From Desulfuromonadales bacterium (GTDB taxonomy: Bacteria; Desulfobacterota; Desulfuromonadia; Desulfuromonadales; JAWOCM01): 64,000 bases of DNA. How positions within the stretch are numbered: the stretch's first letter is position 1; each line of letters opens with the position of its first letter. Positions 47,955 to 56,759 of the stretch are shown one piece after another. The stretch spans positions 1,922-65,921 of the forward strand of contig JAWOCM010000069.1 in assembly GCA_046483795.1 (NCBI GenBank). The letters run 5' to 3'. Below the pieces are notes generated by a model, which was given only the letters and a program-made list of their open reading frames with translations, did no database searches and was not told the DNA's origin. The translations under genes and the position numbers were made by a program.

Positions 47955-49268
47955 ATGTCCGTCGTCGCCATAGTCGGTCGCCCCAATGTGGGGAAATCGA
48001 CCCTGTTCAATCGGATTCTCGGTCAGCGCAAGGCGCTCGTCGACGATTTTCCCGGGGTCACTCGCGATCGCAATTACGCTGAAGTCACGCGCTACGAGAA
48101 GGACTTTACCCTGATCGACACCGGCGGGTTCGAGCCCGTCAGCGAAGATCATCTGCTCAGGCAGATGCGGGAGCAGTCCCAGCTTGCCGTCGAGGAGGCG
48201 GATGTCATCGTTTTCGTTCTCGATGTACGCGAAGGCCTGACCGCTGCAGACCGGGAAGTCGCAGACCAGCTTCGCCAGACGAACAAACCGGTTCTTTATG
48301 TGGTCAACAAGGTCGACGGCGACAAACAGGAAGACCATGCCGCGGAATTCTACGCCCTCGGCATCGACTCTTTTTTCGCCGTTTCCGCCGAACACGGGCG
48401 GGGCCTGGGTGATGTGGTCGATCAGATCGTGAGCCTTCTGCCTGATACGACAAAGCGCAGCCCCGTCGAGGGCGAGACCCGGCTGGCGGTGATAGGTCGG
48501 CCGAACGTCGGCAAATCGTCCCTTGTCAATCGCCTTATCGGATCCGAACGCGTTGTCGCCAACCCTGTTTCAGGAACCACCCGCGACAGCATCGATACGA
48601 GATTCGTGTATAACAGGAACAATTACGTTCTGATCGATACGGCGGGGATCCGGCGAAAGGGCAAGGTCAGTCAGAAGCTGGAAAAATACAGTGTCGTTCA
48701 GGCACTCAAGGCGATGGATCGTGCCCACATTGTTCTCATGATCATCGATGCCGAACAGGGTGTGACCGAGCAGGACGCGACCGTTGCCGGTTATGCCCAT
48801 GAAAAGGGTCGGGCGGTTGTCCTGGTCGTCAACAAGTGGGACCTGGTCGCCAAGGACAATGCGACTATGGGCCGTTACGTCGAGAATCTCCGCCGCTCAT
48901 TCAAGTTTCTGCCTCATACGCCGATCGTTTTCATCTCCGCCCTGACCGGCCAGCGGGTGTCCCGCATCATGGCCGAAGTGGAGAAAGTTGCCGAAGAGTT
49001 CTCGCGAAAGATTTCAACACCGGCGCTCAACAGGGCGGTGCAGAAGGCTGTTGAGGCTCATCCGCCGCCGATGTACCGGGGGCGCCGCCTGAAATTCTTC
49101 TATGCGACGCAATCCGCGGTACGTCCGCCGACCTTTATCATGTTCGTCAGCAGGCCGGAGGGGGTTCATTTTTCTTATCATCGCTTTCTGTCCAACAAGA
49201 TTCGCGATGCTTTCGAACTGAAAAATGTGCCGATCCGTTTGAAATTGCGTCAGCGAGAACGTGACTAG
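47955..49268 (+). CDS. der: Ribosome-biogenesis GTPase Der (EngA)
   Basis: Two G-domains (VAIVGRPNVGKSTLFN and LAVIGRPNVGKSSLVN) plus a C-terminal KH-like domain. Confidence 0.95.
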   Translation: MSVVAIVGRPNVGKSTLFNRILGQRKALVDDFPGVTRDRNYAEVTRYEKDFTLIDTGGFEPVSEDHLLRQMREQSQLAVEEADVIVFVLDVREGLTAADREVADQLRQTNKPVLYVVNKVDGDKQEDHAAEFYALGIDSFFAVSAEHGRGLGDVVDQIVSLLPDTTKRSPVEGETRLAVIGRPNVGKSSLVNRLIGSERVVANPVSGTTRDSIDTRFVYNRNNYVLIDTAGIRRKGKVSQKLEKYSVVQALKAMDRAHIVLMIIDAEQGVTEQDATVAGYAHEKGRAVVLVVNKWDLVAKDNATMGRYVENLRRSFKFLPHTPIVFISALTGQRVSRIMAEVEKVAEEFSRKISTPALNRAVQKAVEAHPPPMYRGRRLKFFYATQSAVRPPTFIMFVSRPEGVHFSYHRFLSNKIRDAFELKNVPIRLKLRQRERD

Positions 49269-49388
49269 GAGCACCACAAAAACCTTTACTAAAGACGTTG
49301 CCTGAGATATGATTAAACCCCGTTTAATTCCAGGCTCTTACGAGCTGTTCCTGCAATTGATGCCGCTTTATCGAGCTGACTGGTTTAT

Positions 49389-50729
49389 ATGAGTCTTGTC
49401 GGAAACCTAGAAGATCTGGGCCTGGGGGAAATCCTCCAGATCGTCAGTCTGAGCCGCAAGTCAGGAGTTCTGTCCCTTCAAACCGATGGCAAAGAAGGGA
49501 AGGTCTTCTTTCGGGACGGGCAGGTCATTCGCGCCAACTCCTCGAGTCGGCGCGAAAACGTCGGGGAACTTCTGCTCAGCCGGGAACTGGTCGACTTTGA
49601 AACCCTCAGGGAGGCTGTTCTCGTTCAGCAACAGGAGGGAGACGACCGCCGCCTCGGCGAGATTCTGTCTGAGAGATTCGACGTGTCCCGCGATGCTATC
49701 GAGACTGCCGTCAGGGAGCAGGTCGAGAAAATCGTTTACAGCTTCTTTTCCTGGTCGGAGGGAACGTTCTCCTTCGATCTGGGTGATACCGAAGACCCGG
49801 GGGAAACGTCATTCAACCCGTTCCAGTTCATGCTGGACCAGGGGCTGAATCCCCAATGGCTTGCCATGGAAGGCAGTCGCCAGCTCGACGAGAAGATACA
49901 TCGCGGTGATCCGCTCGAAGACGAGGAGGAAGAAGGACCGACCTTCGATATCGACGACCTGATATCCCGGAATGCCGATTTTTCTGCGCCTGACCGGTCT
50001 CAATCCGAAGACCATTCCCCGGCTTCGACAAACGATAACGAAGTTTCCCTGAACGGGGGAGGTCCTGAGACAAATATCAGAGACATCGAAGACCAGCCGG
50101 CAGCCGCTCCTGATATCGCTGACGGGGGAGCAGAAGCGGCCTTCAATCTGGGCGCGGAGTTGCGCAGGGAGTTCGGCGAAAAGGATATCGACCCCGCTAG
50201 AGGTGTGGCCTCTCCCGGATTGCATCTGCTGCGCGACATGCTGGTCGAACTTCAGAATCCATCACTCGGAGGAGGGATCATCCTTCTGGTGCTGCGCTTC
50301 GCCAGTGAGCTGATGAACCGGGCGGTTATTTTTGCCGTCAAGGACAAGGAAATCGTCGGTCTCGGTCAGTTCGGCATCCAGGTCGAAGGGGAAAATGCCG
50401 ATGCACGCATCCGCAGGATTCGCCTGTCCACCGAGCAGGACTCCGTCTTCAAGCCCCTCGTCCAGTCCATGACGCCTATGAGGAGTGCCCTGGGTGAGGG
50501 ACCGGTCGATACTTATATCGCAGAGCAACTCGGCGGCGACCGGCCCGAGGAGGTTTTTCTCGGTCCCGTCCTCAGCGAGGGAAAAGTCGTGGCCATACTC
50601 TACGGCGACAACCTTCCCGAGCACACGGAAATCGGCAACACCGAGTCCCTGGAGATTTTTCTCTCCCAGGCCGGCCTGGCCATGGAAAAGGCTATATTGG
50701 AGCGGCGCCTGCGGGTCAACCGCGAATAA
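49389..50729 (+). CDS. DUF4388 domain protein with MshEN/T2SSE_N-like tandem motifs and C-terminal GAF-like domain
   Basis: The N-terminus LVGNLEDLGLGEILQIVSLSRKSGVLSLQ...GKVFFRDGQVI is the DUF4388 signature. Residues 57-109 form two 24-aa motifs separated by a 5-aa spacer. The C-terminal 170 aa look GAF-like. Confidence 0.75.
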   Translation: MSLVGNLEDLGLGEILQIVSLSRKSGVLSLQTDGKEGKVFFRDGQVIRANSSSRRENVGELLLSRELVDFETLREAVLVQQQEGDDRRLGEILSERFDVSRDAIETAVREQVEKIVYSFFSWSEGTFSFDLGDTEDPGETSFNPFQFMLDQGLNPQWLAMEGSRQLDEKIHRGDPLEDEEEEGPTFDIDDLISRNADFSAPDRSQSEDHSPASTNDNEVSLNGGGPETNIRDIEDQPAAAPDIADGGAEAAFNLGAELRREFGEKDIDPARGVASPGLHLLRDMLVELQNPSLGGGIILLVLRFASELMNRAVIFAVKDKEIVGLGQFGIQVEGENADARIRRIRLSTEQDSVFKPLVQSMTPMRSALGEGPVDTYIAEQLGGDRPEEVFLGPVLSEGKVVAILYGDNLPEHTEIGNTESLEIFLSQAGLAMEKAILERRLRVNRE

Positions 50730-50755
50730 CAGAATTCAGGAACGGAGCATCCAGC

Positions 50756-51124
50756 GTGGCACAAAAGATTCTCATCACCGAAGATTCGCCGACGATGCGT
50801 TCCCTGATCGTTTCCACCATCCAGGCGATGGGCGATTACGATATCATCGAAGCGGCGAACGGTTTCGAGGCCCTGCGAGAGTTGCCCCGCAACCAGGTCG
50901 ACCTGGTTATCACGGATATCAACATGCCGGACATCAACGGCCTGGAACTGGTCAGTTTCATCAAGACCAACGATCAGTACAAACAGACTCCCCTCTTTAT
51001 CATCAGTACCGAGAGCAGTGAGCGGGACCGCGACAAAGGCATGAAGCTCGGAGCCGATGCTTATCTTGTCAAGCCGTTTTCCCCTCAGGAACTTCAGAAA
51101 CTGATCAAGCGTTTTCTGGGATAG
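50756..51124 (+). CDS. cheY: CheY-like response regulator
   Basis: ILITEDSPTMR...LVITDINMPDINGLE...STE...YLVKPF. Confidence 0.9.
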   Translation: MAQKILITEDSPTMRSLIVSTIQAMGDYDIIEAANGFEALRELPRNQVDLVITDINMPDINGLELVSFIKTNDQYKQTPLFIISTESSERDRDKGMKLGADAYLVKPFSPQELQKLIKRFLG

Positions 51125-51133
51125 GAGGCCCTT

Positions 51134-53161
51134 GTGGGCGACAAGTCATCTCCAAGTGCCATCAAGGAATTCCTCGGCGAGGCCGAGGAGATTCTCGAAG
51201 AGCTCAACCTCGAGTTGGTCGAACTCGGAGAGCGGGCAGACAGCGGAGAGTCCGATCCGGATCTGCTGAACAGCATTTTTCGCGGCGCTCATTCCATCAA
51301 GGGGCTGGCGGGGATGTTCGGCTTCGATGACATCTCCGAGCTCTCGCACCAGATGGAGAGTCTTCTTGACAATCTGCGCCTCGGTAAAGTCCCCCTCAAT
51401 GAGGTCCTTGTCGAAACACTTTTCGATGCCCTCGAGACTTTGACCCGCATTATTCACGGCAAGGGGGAAAGGGAAGATTTTACGCTGGACTTCACCCCCC
51501 TGGTCGGCCGGTTCGATTCTCTCCTTGGAGGCGGAGGCGGGAGCGACAAGGACGAACTCCTCAAGCAGGTCGATCCGACACTGGTCAGCGTTCTGACAGA
51601 ATTCGAGGAGCACAGACTCCTTGAAAATCTCAGGAATGGACATCATCTTTACCGCATAAAGACCTCTTTTGACCTGGCCAGTTTTGATCAGGATCTTGCC
51701 GCCCTGACCGCCGCACTCAAGAGAGAGGCAGAGGTGATCAGCACCCTTCCGAGTGTCGATGAGAACATGGACGGGGGGATCGCCTTTCAATTGATCGTCG
51801 GCACCGCAGTGACCATGGACAAACTGGTTGAAGCCGCCGACCGGAAAAATCTGGATATCGAAAAACTGGCCGGAAAAGCTGCGGAGGCACCTGTCGAGAG
51901 CGCCGAAGGCGCCTCTCCGGAAGCCCAAGAGGCAGGCCGGAACGCCGTCGAAGAGCACGCGAGTCTGCGCTCGATCAGCCGAACAGTCCGTGTCGATATA
52001 GAAAAGCTCGATGTCCTCATGAATATCGTGGGGGAGCTTGTCCTGTGCAGGGCGGCCATTAACGAGAATTGCGAATCTCTCAAGCAAATCGGCAACGTGG
52101 AAATGGTCTCCGAATTGCAGAAGGCGACGCGCAACCTCGAACGACGCCTCGACGAGTTGCAAAAGGGTGTTATGGAGGTCCGCATGGTCCCTGTCAGCCA
52201 GCTCTTCGACAAAATGGCGCGCATCGTGCGACGGGTCTCCGGTGAATACGGGAAACAGGTCTCACTCGATATCCGGGGCGCCGATACGGAACTCGACAAG
52301 CTGATCGTCGAAGAGTTGTCCGATCCGTTGATGCACATCATCCGCAATGCAGTCGACCACGGCATCGAATCGGCTCACGAGCGTCGTGAGATGGGGAAAC
52401 CGGAAAAGGGGACGATCAGCCTGCGTGCCTCGCAGAAAGGGAACCATGTCGTCCTGGAAATTCAGGACGACGGCCATGGGATCGATATCGACAAAGTGCG
52501 CCAGAGAGCCATAGCCAGAGGGCTGATCTCCGCCGATGCGGACATTTCACGTGCGAAACTCGTCGAACTGATTTTCGAGCCAGGATTCTCAACAATGGAC
52601 GAGGTCAGTGAGCTTTCAGGGCGAGGCGTGGGAATGGATGTTGTTAAAAACAACATCGCTTCCTTGTCCGGCATGATAGAAGTCGACTCTGAATTCGGCA
52701 AGGGCACCACCATGACGATCACCCTGCCGATCACCCTTGCCATTATCAAGGCTTTGATCATTGAGATATGCAACAAGACCTATGCCGTTCCGATCAATTC
52801 AGTGATGGAGACGCTCATGGTCAATGCCGATGATATCCGGACCATAGATCGCCGGGAAGTCTACGAACTTCGCGATTCGACCCTTCCACTGATCCGTCTG
52901 GAGAATGTCTTCGATCTGCCCCGAACCGGCGGGAGCCCGGAGCGCTTCTATATTGTCGTTGTCGGTCTGGCCGAGAAGAAAATCGGTATTATCGTCGATG
53001 AACTGGTCGGCCAGCAGGATGTCGTTATAAAGTCCCTGGGCGAAGCGTTGTCCTTTGTCAAGGGGTTTGCCGGCGCCGCTGATCTGGGCAACCAGAAAAC
53101 GGTTCTTGTCCTCGATGTGGGCGGCCTGATCGGGGATACCCTGAAGGGGGAGGCGGCCTGA
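51134..53161 (+). CDS. cheA: Chemotaxis histidine kinase CheA
   Basis: Hpt motif FRGAHSIKGLAGMFG, dimerisation region, HATPase (DDGHGID...SGRGVGMDVV), and a C-terminal CheW-like domain. AGGAGG ribosome-binding site with a GTG start. Confidence 0.95.
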   Translation: MGDKSSPSAIKEFLGEAEEILEELNLELVELGERADSGESDPDLLNSIFRGAHSIKGLAGMFGFDDISELSHQMESLLDNLRLGKVPLNEVLVETLFDALETLTRIIHGKGEREDFTLDFTPLVGRFDSLLGGGGGSDKDELLKQVDPTLVSVLTEFEEHRLLENLRNGHHLYRIKTSFDLASFDQDLAALTAALKREAEVISTLPSVDENMDGGIAFQLIVGTAVTMDKLVEAADRKNLDIEKLAGKAAEAPVESAEGASPEAQEAGRNAVEEHASLRSISRTVRVDIEKLDVLMNIVGELVLCRAAINENCESLKQIGNVEMVSELQKATRNLERRLDELQKGVMEVRMVPVSQLFDKMARIVRRVSGEYGKQVSLDIRGADTELDKLIVEELSDPLMHIIRNAVDHGIESAHERREMGKPEKGTISLRASQKGNHVVLEIQDDGHGIDIDKVRQRAIARGLISADADISRAKLVELIFEPGFSTMDEVSELSGRGVGMDVVKNNIASLSGMIEVDSEFGKGTTMTITLPITLAIIKALIIEICNKTYAVPINSVMETLMVNADDIRTIDRREVYELRDSTLPLIRLENVFDLPRTGGSPERFYIVVVGLAEKKIGIIVDELVGQQDVVIKSLGEALSFVKGFAGAADLGNQKTVLVLDVGGLIGDTLKGEAA

Positions 53162-53163
53162 CG

Positions 53164-53973
53164 ATGTACGAGAGCTATTACGGTTTCAACGAACGTCCGT
53201 TCAGCAAGACGCCCGACCCGCGTTTCCTGTTCATGAGCAAGGGACACAGGGAGGCTCTGGTTCGTCTTATTTACGCCGTGGAGGAACGCGACCTCATCCT
53301 CTTCACCGGTGAGATCGGTTGCGGCAAGACGACCCTGTCCCGGCGCCTGATGGACGAACTCAATGAGGCCGGCTACCGCATCATCCTTTTTGTCAATCCC
53401 CGCCTTACGCCGATGGAGTTTCTTCGGGCGCTGGCACTGCGGCTCGACGTAGAAGCTCCGGCGGGGGGCAAGACCGACCTGCTGGAACAGATCGGCTCTG
53501 CCCTGTATGCTTTTTATGAACGGGATATCTGCCCTGTCCTGGTCATCGACGAGGCGCAACTGATTCCCCATCGCGAGACCTTCGATGAAATCCGTCTGCT
53601 GACCAATTTCCAGCTGGACGATCAGAACCTTTTGAGCGTGGTCCTGATGGGGCAACCCGAACTTCGAAAACGCCTGGCGCACCGCGTGTATGAGCCTTTG
53701 CGACAGCGTATCGGGATGCAGTTCAATCTGCGGCCTCTTGATCTCGAAGAAACGGCCAGTTACCTCGATTTTCGACTGACGACGGCGGGGGGAGAAGCCG
53801 GATTATTCGAGCCGGGAGCGGTTTCAAGAATCTACGAATATTCCGGAGGAATTCCCAGAAAAATCAACCATGCCGCTTCCCTGGCACTGCTTGAGGGTTT
53901 CGGTCGTGAAGCGTCGAATATCGACGCCGGGATCCTTGACGCCGTCATGGAAGAACTGGTGCTGGTTTCCTGA
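53164..53973 (+). CDS. ExeA/GspA/MshM-like AAA+ ATPase
   Basis: YYGFNERPFSKTPDPRFLFMSKGHREALVRLIYAVEERDLILFTGEIGCGKTTLSRRL...LVIDEAQ...FQLDDQNLLSVVLMGQPEL is the characteristic ExeA N-terminal module. Confidence 0.8.
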   Translation: MYESYYGFNERPFSKTPDPRFLFMSKGHREALVRLIYAVEERDLILFTGEIGCGKTTLSRRLMDELNEAGYRIILFVNPRLTPMEFLRALALRLDVEAPAGGKTDLLEQIGSALYAFYERDICPVLVIDEAQLIPHRETFDEIRLLTNFQLDDQNLLSVVLMGQPELRKRLAHRVYEPLRQRIGMQFNLRPLDLEETASYLDFRLTTAGGEAGLFEPGAVSRIYEYSGGIPRKINHAASLALLEGFGREASNIDAGILDAVMEELVLVS

Positions 53974-53994
53974 AAGGACAGCGGGGTCATTGCA

Positions 53995-54825
53995 ATGTTG
54001 AATCTTTCCGATATACGTAAAAAGGCCGGCAGCAAGGTAAAAAAGAACAAGCGTTCCGAAGGAGACCCGGCCGAAGAGTCTGACAGGGCTTTGTCAACCA
54101 GGGCAACACCCGTCGCGCCGAGCAGTGCCGGGACGCAGACCGGACAGCAGGGCGAAGAGAACGCCTCTTCCGGCACGAATCCGGAGGAAAAGGGGATTTC
54201 GCCGCCAGAAACGAGCTCGTCGACATCGGAATCTTCCGGTCAAGCGTCCGGGAAGCGACCGGAAAGCGCGGGCTTCTCCATGCAAGGGACCACGGATCCG
54301 CTCGAATCCCTTTTCCGTGCCAATCCGGAGTTGGGGCTGGCAACGGAAGAAGCCTATTTCGAAGGACTCGTCGGACAGGACCATGAGACTGAAGAGGCTT
54401 TTCGCCAGCTTCTTTCATTCGCCCTCGGCGAGGAAGAATACGCAGTCGATATCCAGGATGTTCAGGAGATCATCAAGCTGCGTGAGATGACCGATGTTCC
54501 CCGGGTTCCCGACTTCGTCCTGGGGATCATCTCCCTGCGCGGCAATATCATCCCGGTCTTTGATCTCAAGAGGCGCCTGCACCTGGGAACCATAGAGCCG
54601 ACGATCTCGACGCGGATCGTGGTCTGCCGTGCCGGAGGGAAATCTGTCGGCCTGGTCGTCGATAAAATCAACCAGGTGGTTCGCCTGCCTGAAGGGGCCA
54701 TTGAAAAGGTCTCCGGGCTCCTGAGCGGTGTCAATAAAGATCTCGTGGAAGGCGTTGGGCGCTACGAGGGCCGCATGCTTATTCTACTCGACCTGTCTAT
54801 CGTTCTGGCGGTTGAGCAAAGATGA
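53995..54825 (+). CDS. cheW: CheW-domain protein with an about 125-aa disordered S/E/P/G-rich N-terminal extension
   Basis: The C-terminal half LLSFALGEEEYAVDIQDVQEIIKLREMTDVPRVPDFVLGIISLRGNIIPVFDL is a CheW fold. Confidence 0.85.
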   Translation: MLNLSDIRKKAGSKVKKNKRSEGDPAEESDRALSTRATPVAPSSAGTQTGQQGEENASSGTNPEEKGISPPETSSSTSESSGQASGKRPESAGFSMQGTTDPLESLFRANPELGLATEEAYFEGLVGQDHETEEAFRQLLSFALGEEEYAVDIQDVQEIIKLREMTDVPRVPDFVLGIISLRGNIIPVFDLKRRLHLGTIEPTISTRIVVCRAGGKSVGLVVDKINQVVRLPEGAIEKVSGLLSGVNKDLVEGVGRYEGRMLILLDLSIVLAVEQR

Positions 54826-54837
54826 AGGAGGGATTTC

Positions 54838-55212
54838 GTGTCCAAAAAGAAGATTCTGGTCGTCGAAGACGAAGAAAGTCTGTTGAAGCTGGAAAGCATT
54901 TTGCTGACGTCCAAGGGGTACGAAGTCCAGGGAGTGACAACCGGCCAGGCGGCTCTTGATGCCATTGCCGAAGAGAAACCCGACCTGGTTCTGTTGGACA
55001 TCATGCTTCCCGAGATGGACGGATTCGAGGTGTGCCGCCGAATCAAGGAGAATCCCCAAATCAATGACCTGCCCGTTGTCATGCTGACGGCGAAGAAGAG
55101 TCGCGAAGATATGGCGCGCGGACAGCAGGTGGGCGCCGACTGGTACATCACCAAACCTTTCAAGTCGGTCAATGTGATCGAAACGATACAGAGATTTTTG
55201 AATAAAGGATGA
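54838..55212 (+). CDS. Single-domain response regulator
   Basis: ILVVEDEESL...LVLLDIMLPEMDG...MLTAK...YITKPF. GAAGGAGG ribosome-binding site with a GTG start. Confidence 0.9.
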   Translation: MSKKKILVVEDEESLLKLESILLTSKGYEVQGVTTGQAALDAIAEEKPDLVLLDIMLPEMDGFEVCRRIKENPQINDLPVVMLTAKKSREDMARGQQVGADWYITKPFKSVNVIETIQRFLNKG

Positions 55213-55249
55213 TGGCGGTGCCATCCACAGAAGTTTTTTGAAGGTATCC

Positions 55250-55792
55250 ATGATGGAACATCGGCAAAACAGGGAAACACCGGAAGAAGAGACAGGCCGC
55301 AAGGAAATTCAGCTGGCCTGTTTCCGGATCGCAGAGGAAATGTATGCCCTGGATATTATGCGGATCAAAGAAATCATCCGGCCGCAGAAACTGACTCCTG
55401 TTCCCAAAGCTCCGGCTTTCGTGGAAGGTGTCATTAATCTGAGAGGCGCGGTTATCCCGGTCGTCGACCTGAGAAAGCGTTTCGATCAGCCGATCGATCC
55501 GGACAACAGGGCAACACGTATACTGATCTGTACACTTTCCGGAAAAGTGGTGGGTCTTATTGCCGACGAAGTCACAGAGGTACGTCGATATACCCGGCGG
55601 GAAGTGCAGCCGGCTCCTCATTTTCTCAAAGGAAAAGGGGCCGAATATTTTCTCGGCGTCTGTCGTCGGGAAGACGAACTGGTCATGCTCATCGATCTGG
55701 AAAAGATTCTTACCACCGACGAAAAAATCAACCTTGAGAAGGTCGATTCGTTCTCTGGGCATATGCAACCCGCCCCGGGCGATAAAGAGTAG
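55250..55792 (+). CDS. cheW: Chemotaxis coupling protein CheW
   Basis: LACFRIAEEMYALDIMRIKEIIRPQKLTPVPKAPAFVEGVINLRGAVIPVVDL. The ATG at 55250 has a GAAGG ribosome-binding site; the track start at 55238 is a TTG. Confidence 0.9.
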   Translation: MMEHRQNRETPEEETGRKEIQLACFRIAEEMYALDIMRIKEIIRPQKLTPVPKAPAFVEGVINLRGAVIPVVDLRKRFDQPIDPDNRATRILICTLSGKVVGLIADEVTEVRRYTRREVQPAPHFLKGKGAEYFLGVCRREDELVMLIDLEKILTTDEKINLEKVDSFSGHMQPAPGDKE

Positions 55793-55854
55793 CCTGCCCC
55801 TTTTCCGGGAAATCGCCGCTGTCTTTTCAGCAGATTCTTATTGAAGGTATTTCG

Positions 55855-56745
55855 ATGATTGTCAATTGTCCGACGTGTCATGTTCGCATGAAGCTTGATG
55901 CTTCCCGACATGACGGCAAAAGAGTTACAATCCGTTGCAGAAGATGTCGGCACGTATTCAAGACGAACATAGCGACATCCCCCGCCAGTGAAACAGGGCG
56001 GGTTCTTATCGTTCATTCCGACGAGGAACTCTGTGCCACAATCGCCGATATCTTCAGGCGAGAAAATATTCCCTATGATATCTGCCATGATGGCCAGGCG
56101 GCCCTTCGCACCATGGCAGCAAAGCCTCCGGCTGTGGCCCTGATCGATGTCGCTTTGCCGGGATTTTACGCTTTTGAGGTTGTCGAGAAGGTTCGCCGTC
56201 AGCCAGCCCTGCACGATGTCAGGATCATTCTTCTGTCTTCGGTTTATAACAAGGCGGCTTACAAGCGCTCACCCACATCCCTTTTCGGGGCGGACGATTA
56301 TCTCGAAAAGCATCATATATCCGACCAGTTGGTCAGCAAGGTCCGTCGACTGGGAGGGGGTGGCGGCATCTCGAAACCCCGGGAGGCAAATGCCGGGGTG
56401 GAGACAAAACAGAAAGAGGCCGGACCGGAGAATGCCGAGAAAATCAATACCAGGGTCCAGCAGGCGGAAGACCATGAAGTGAGTTCGTCTTCAGCGGATT
56501 CGGGCTGGGAAAAGGCTCGAAGATTGGCCCGTATCATTGTTTCCGATATAGCCCTCTACAACGAGGAACGGGTTGCAGAGGGGATCCGTACCGGAACTTT
56601 TTACCACATTCTGGGGGCTGAAGTGGAAGAGGGGCGACGATTGTTCGCCGAGAGGGTCGCTGAAGATATCCGCAGCAAACAGGATCTTCTTCAGGAGGCT
56701 TTTGACGCTTTCATCGAACGTCGCCAGAATGAACTGCAGAGCTGA
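55855..56745 (+). CDS. MJ0042-type zinc-ribbon plus receiver-like domain plus conserved uncharacterised C-terminal module
   Basis: MIVNCPTCHVRMKLD...IRCRRCRHVFKT (CxxC...CxxC). The receiver-like core is VLIVHSDEE...ALIDVALPG...LLSS...LEK. The C-terminal module is ARRLARIIVSDIALYNEERV... Confidence 0.7.
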   Translation: MIVNCPTCHVRMKLDASRHDGKRVTIRCRRCRHVFKTNIATSPASETGRVLIVHSDEELCATIADIFRRENIPYDICHDGQAALRTMAAKPPAVALIDVALPGFYAFEVVEKVRRQPALHDVRIILLSSVYNKAAYKRSPTSLFGADDYLEKHHISDQLVSKVRRLGGGGGISKPREANAGVETKQKEAGPENAEKINTRVQQAEDHEVSSSSADSGWEKARRLARIIVSDIALYNEERVAEGIRTGTFYHILGAEVEEGRRLFAERVAEDIRSKQDLLQEAFDAFIERRQNELQS

Positions 56746-56759
56746 TAGATGGTGAAGAC

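Noticed and set aside
49330-49360. Possible sigma54 (-24 GG / -12 GC) promoter upstream of the Che operon
   Set aside because: Only the GG-N10-GC spacing fits (caGGctcttacgaGCtg). The flanking consensus bases (TGGCAC / TTGCA) are absent.
51146-52162. 338-aa minus-strand ORF
   Set aside because: It is antisense to cheA.
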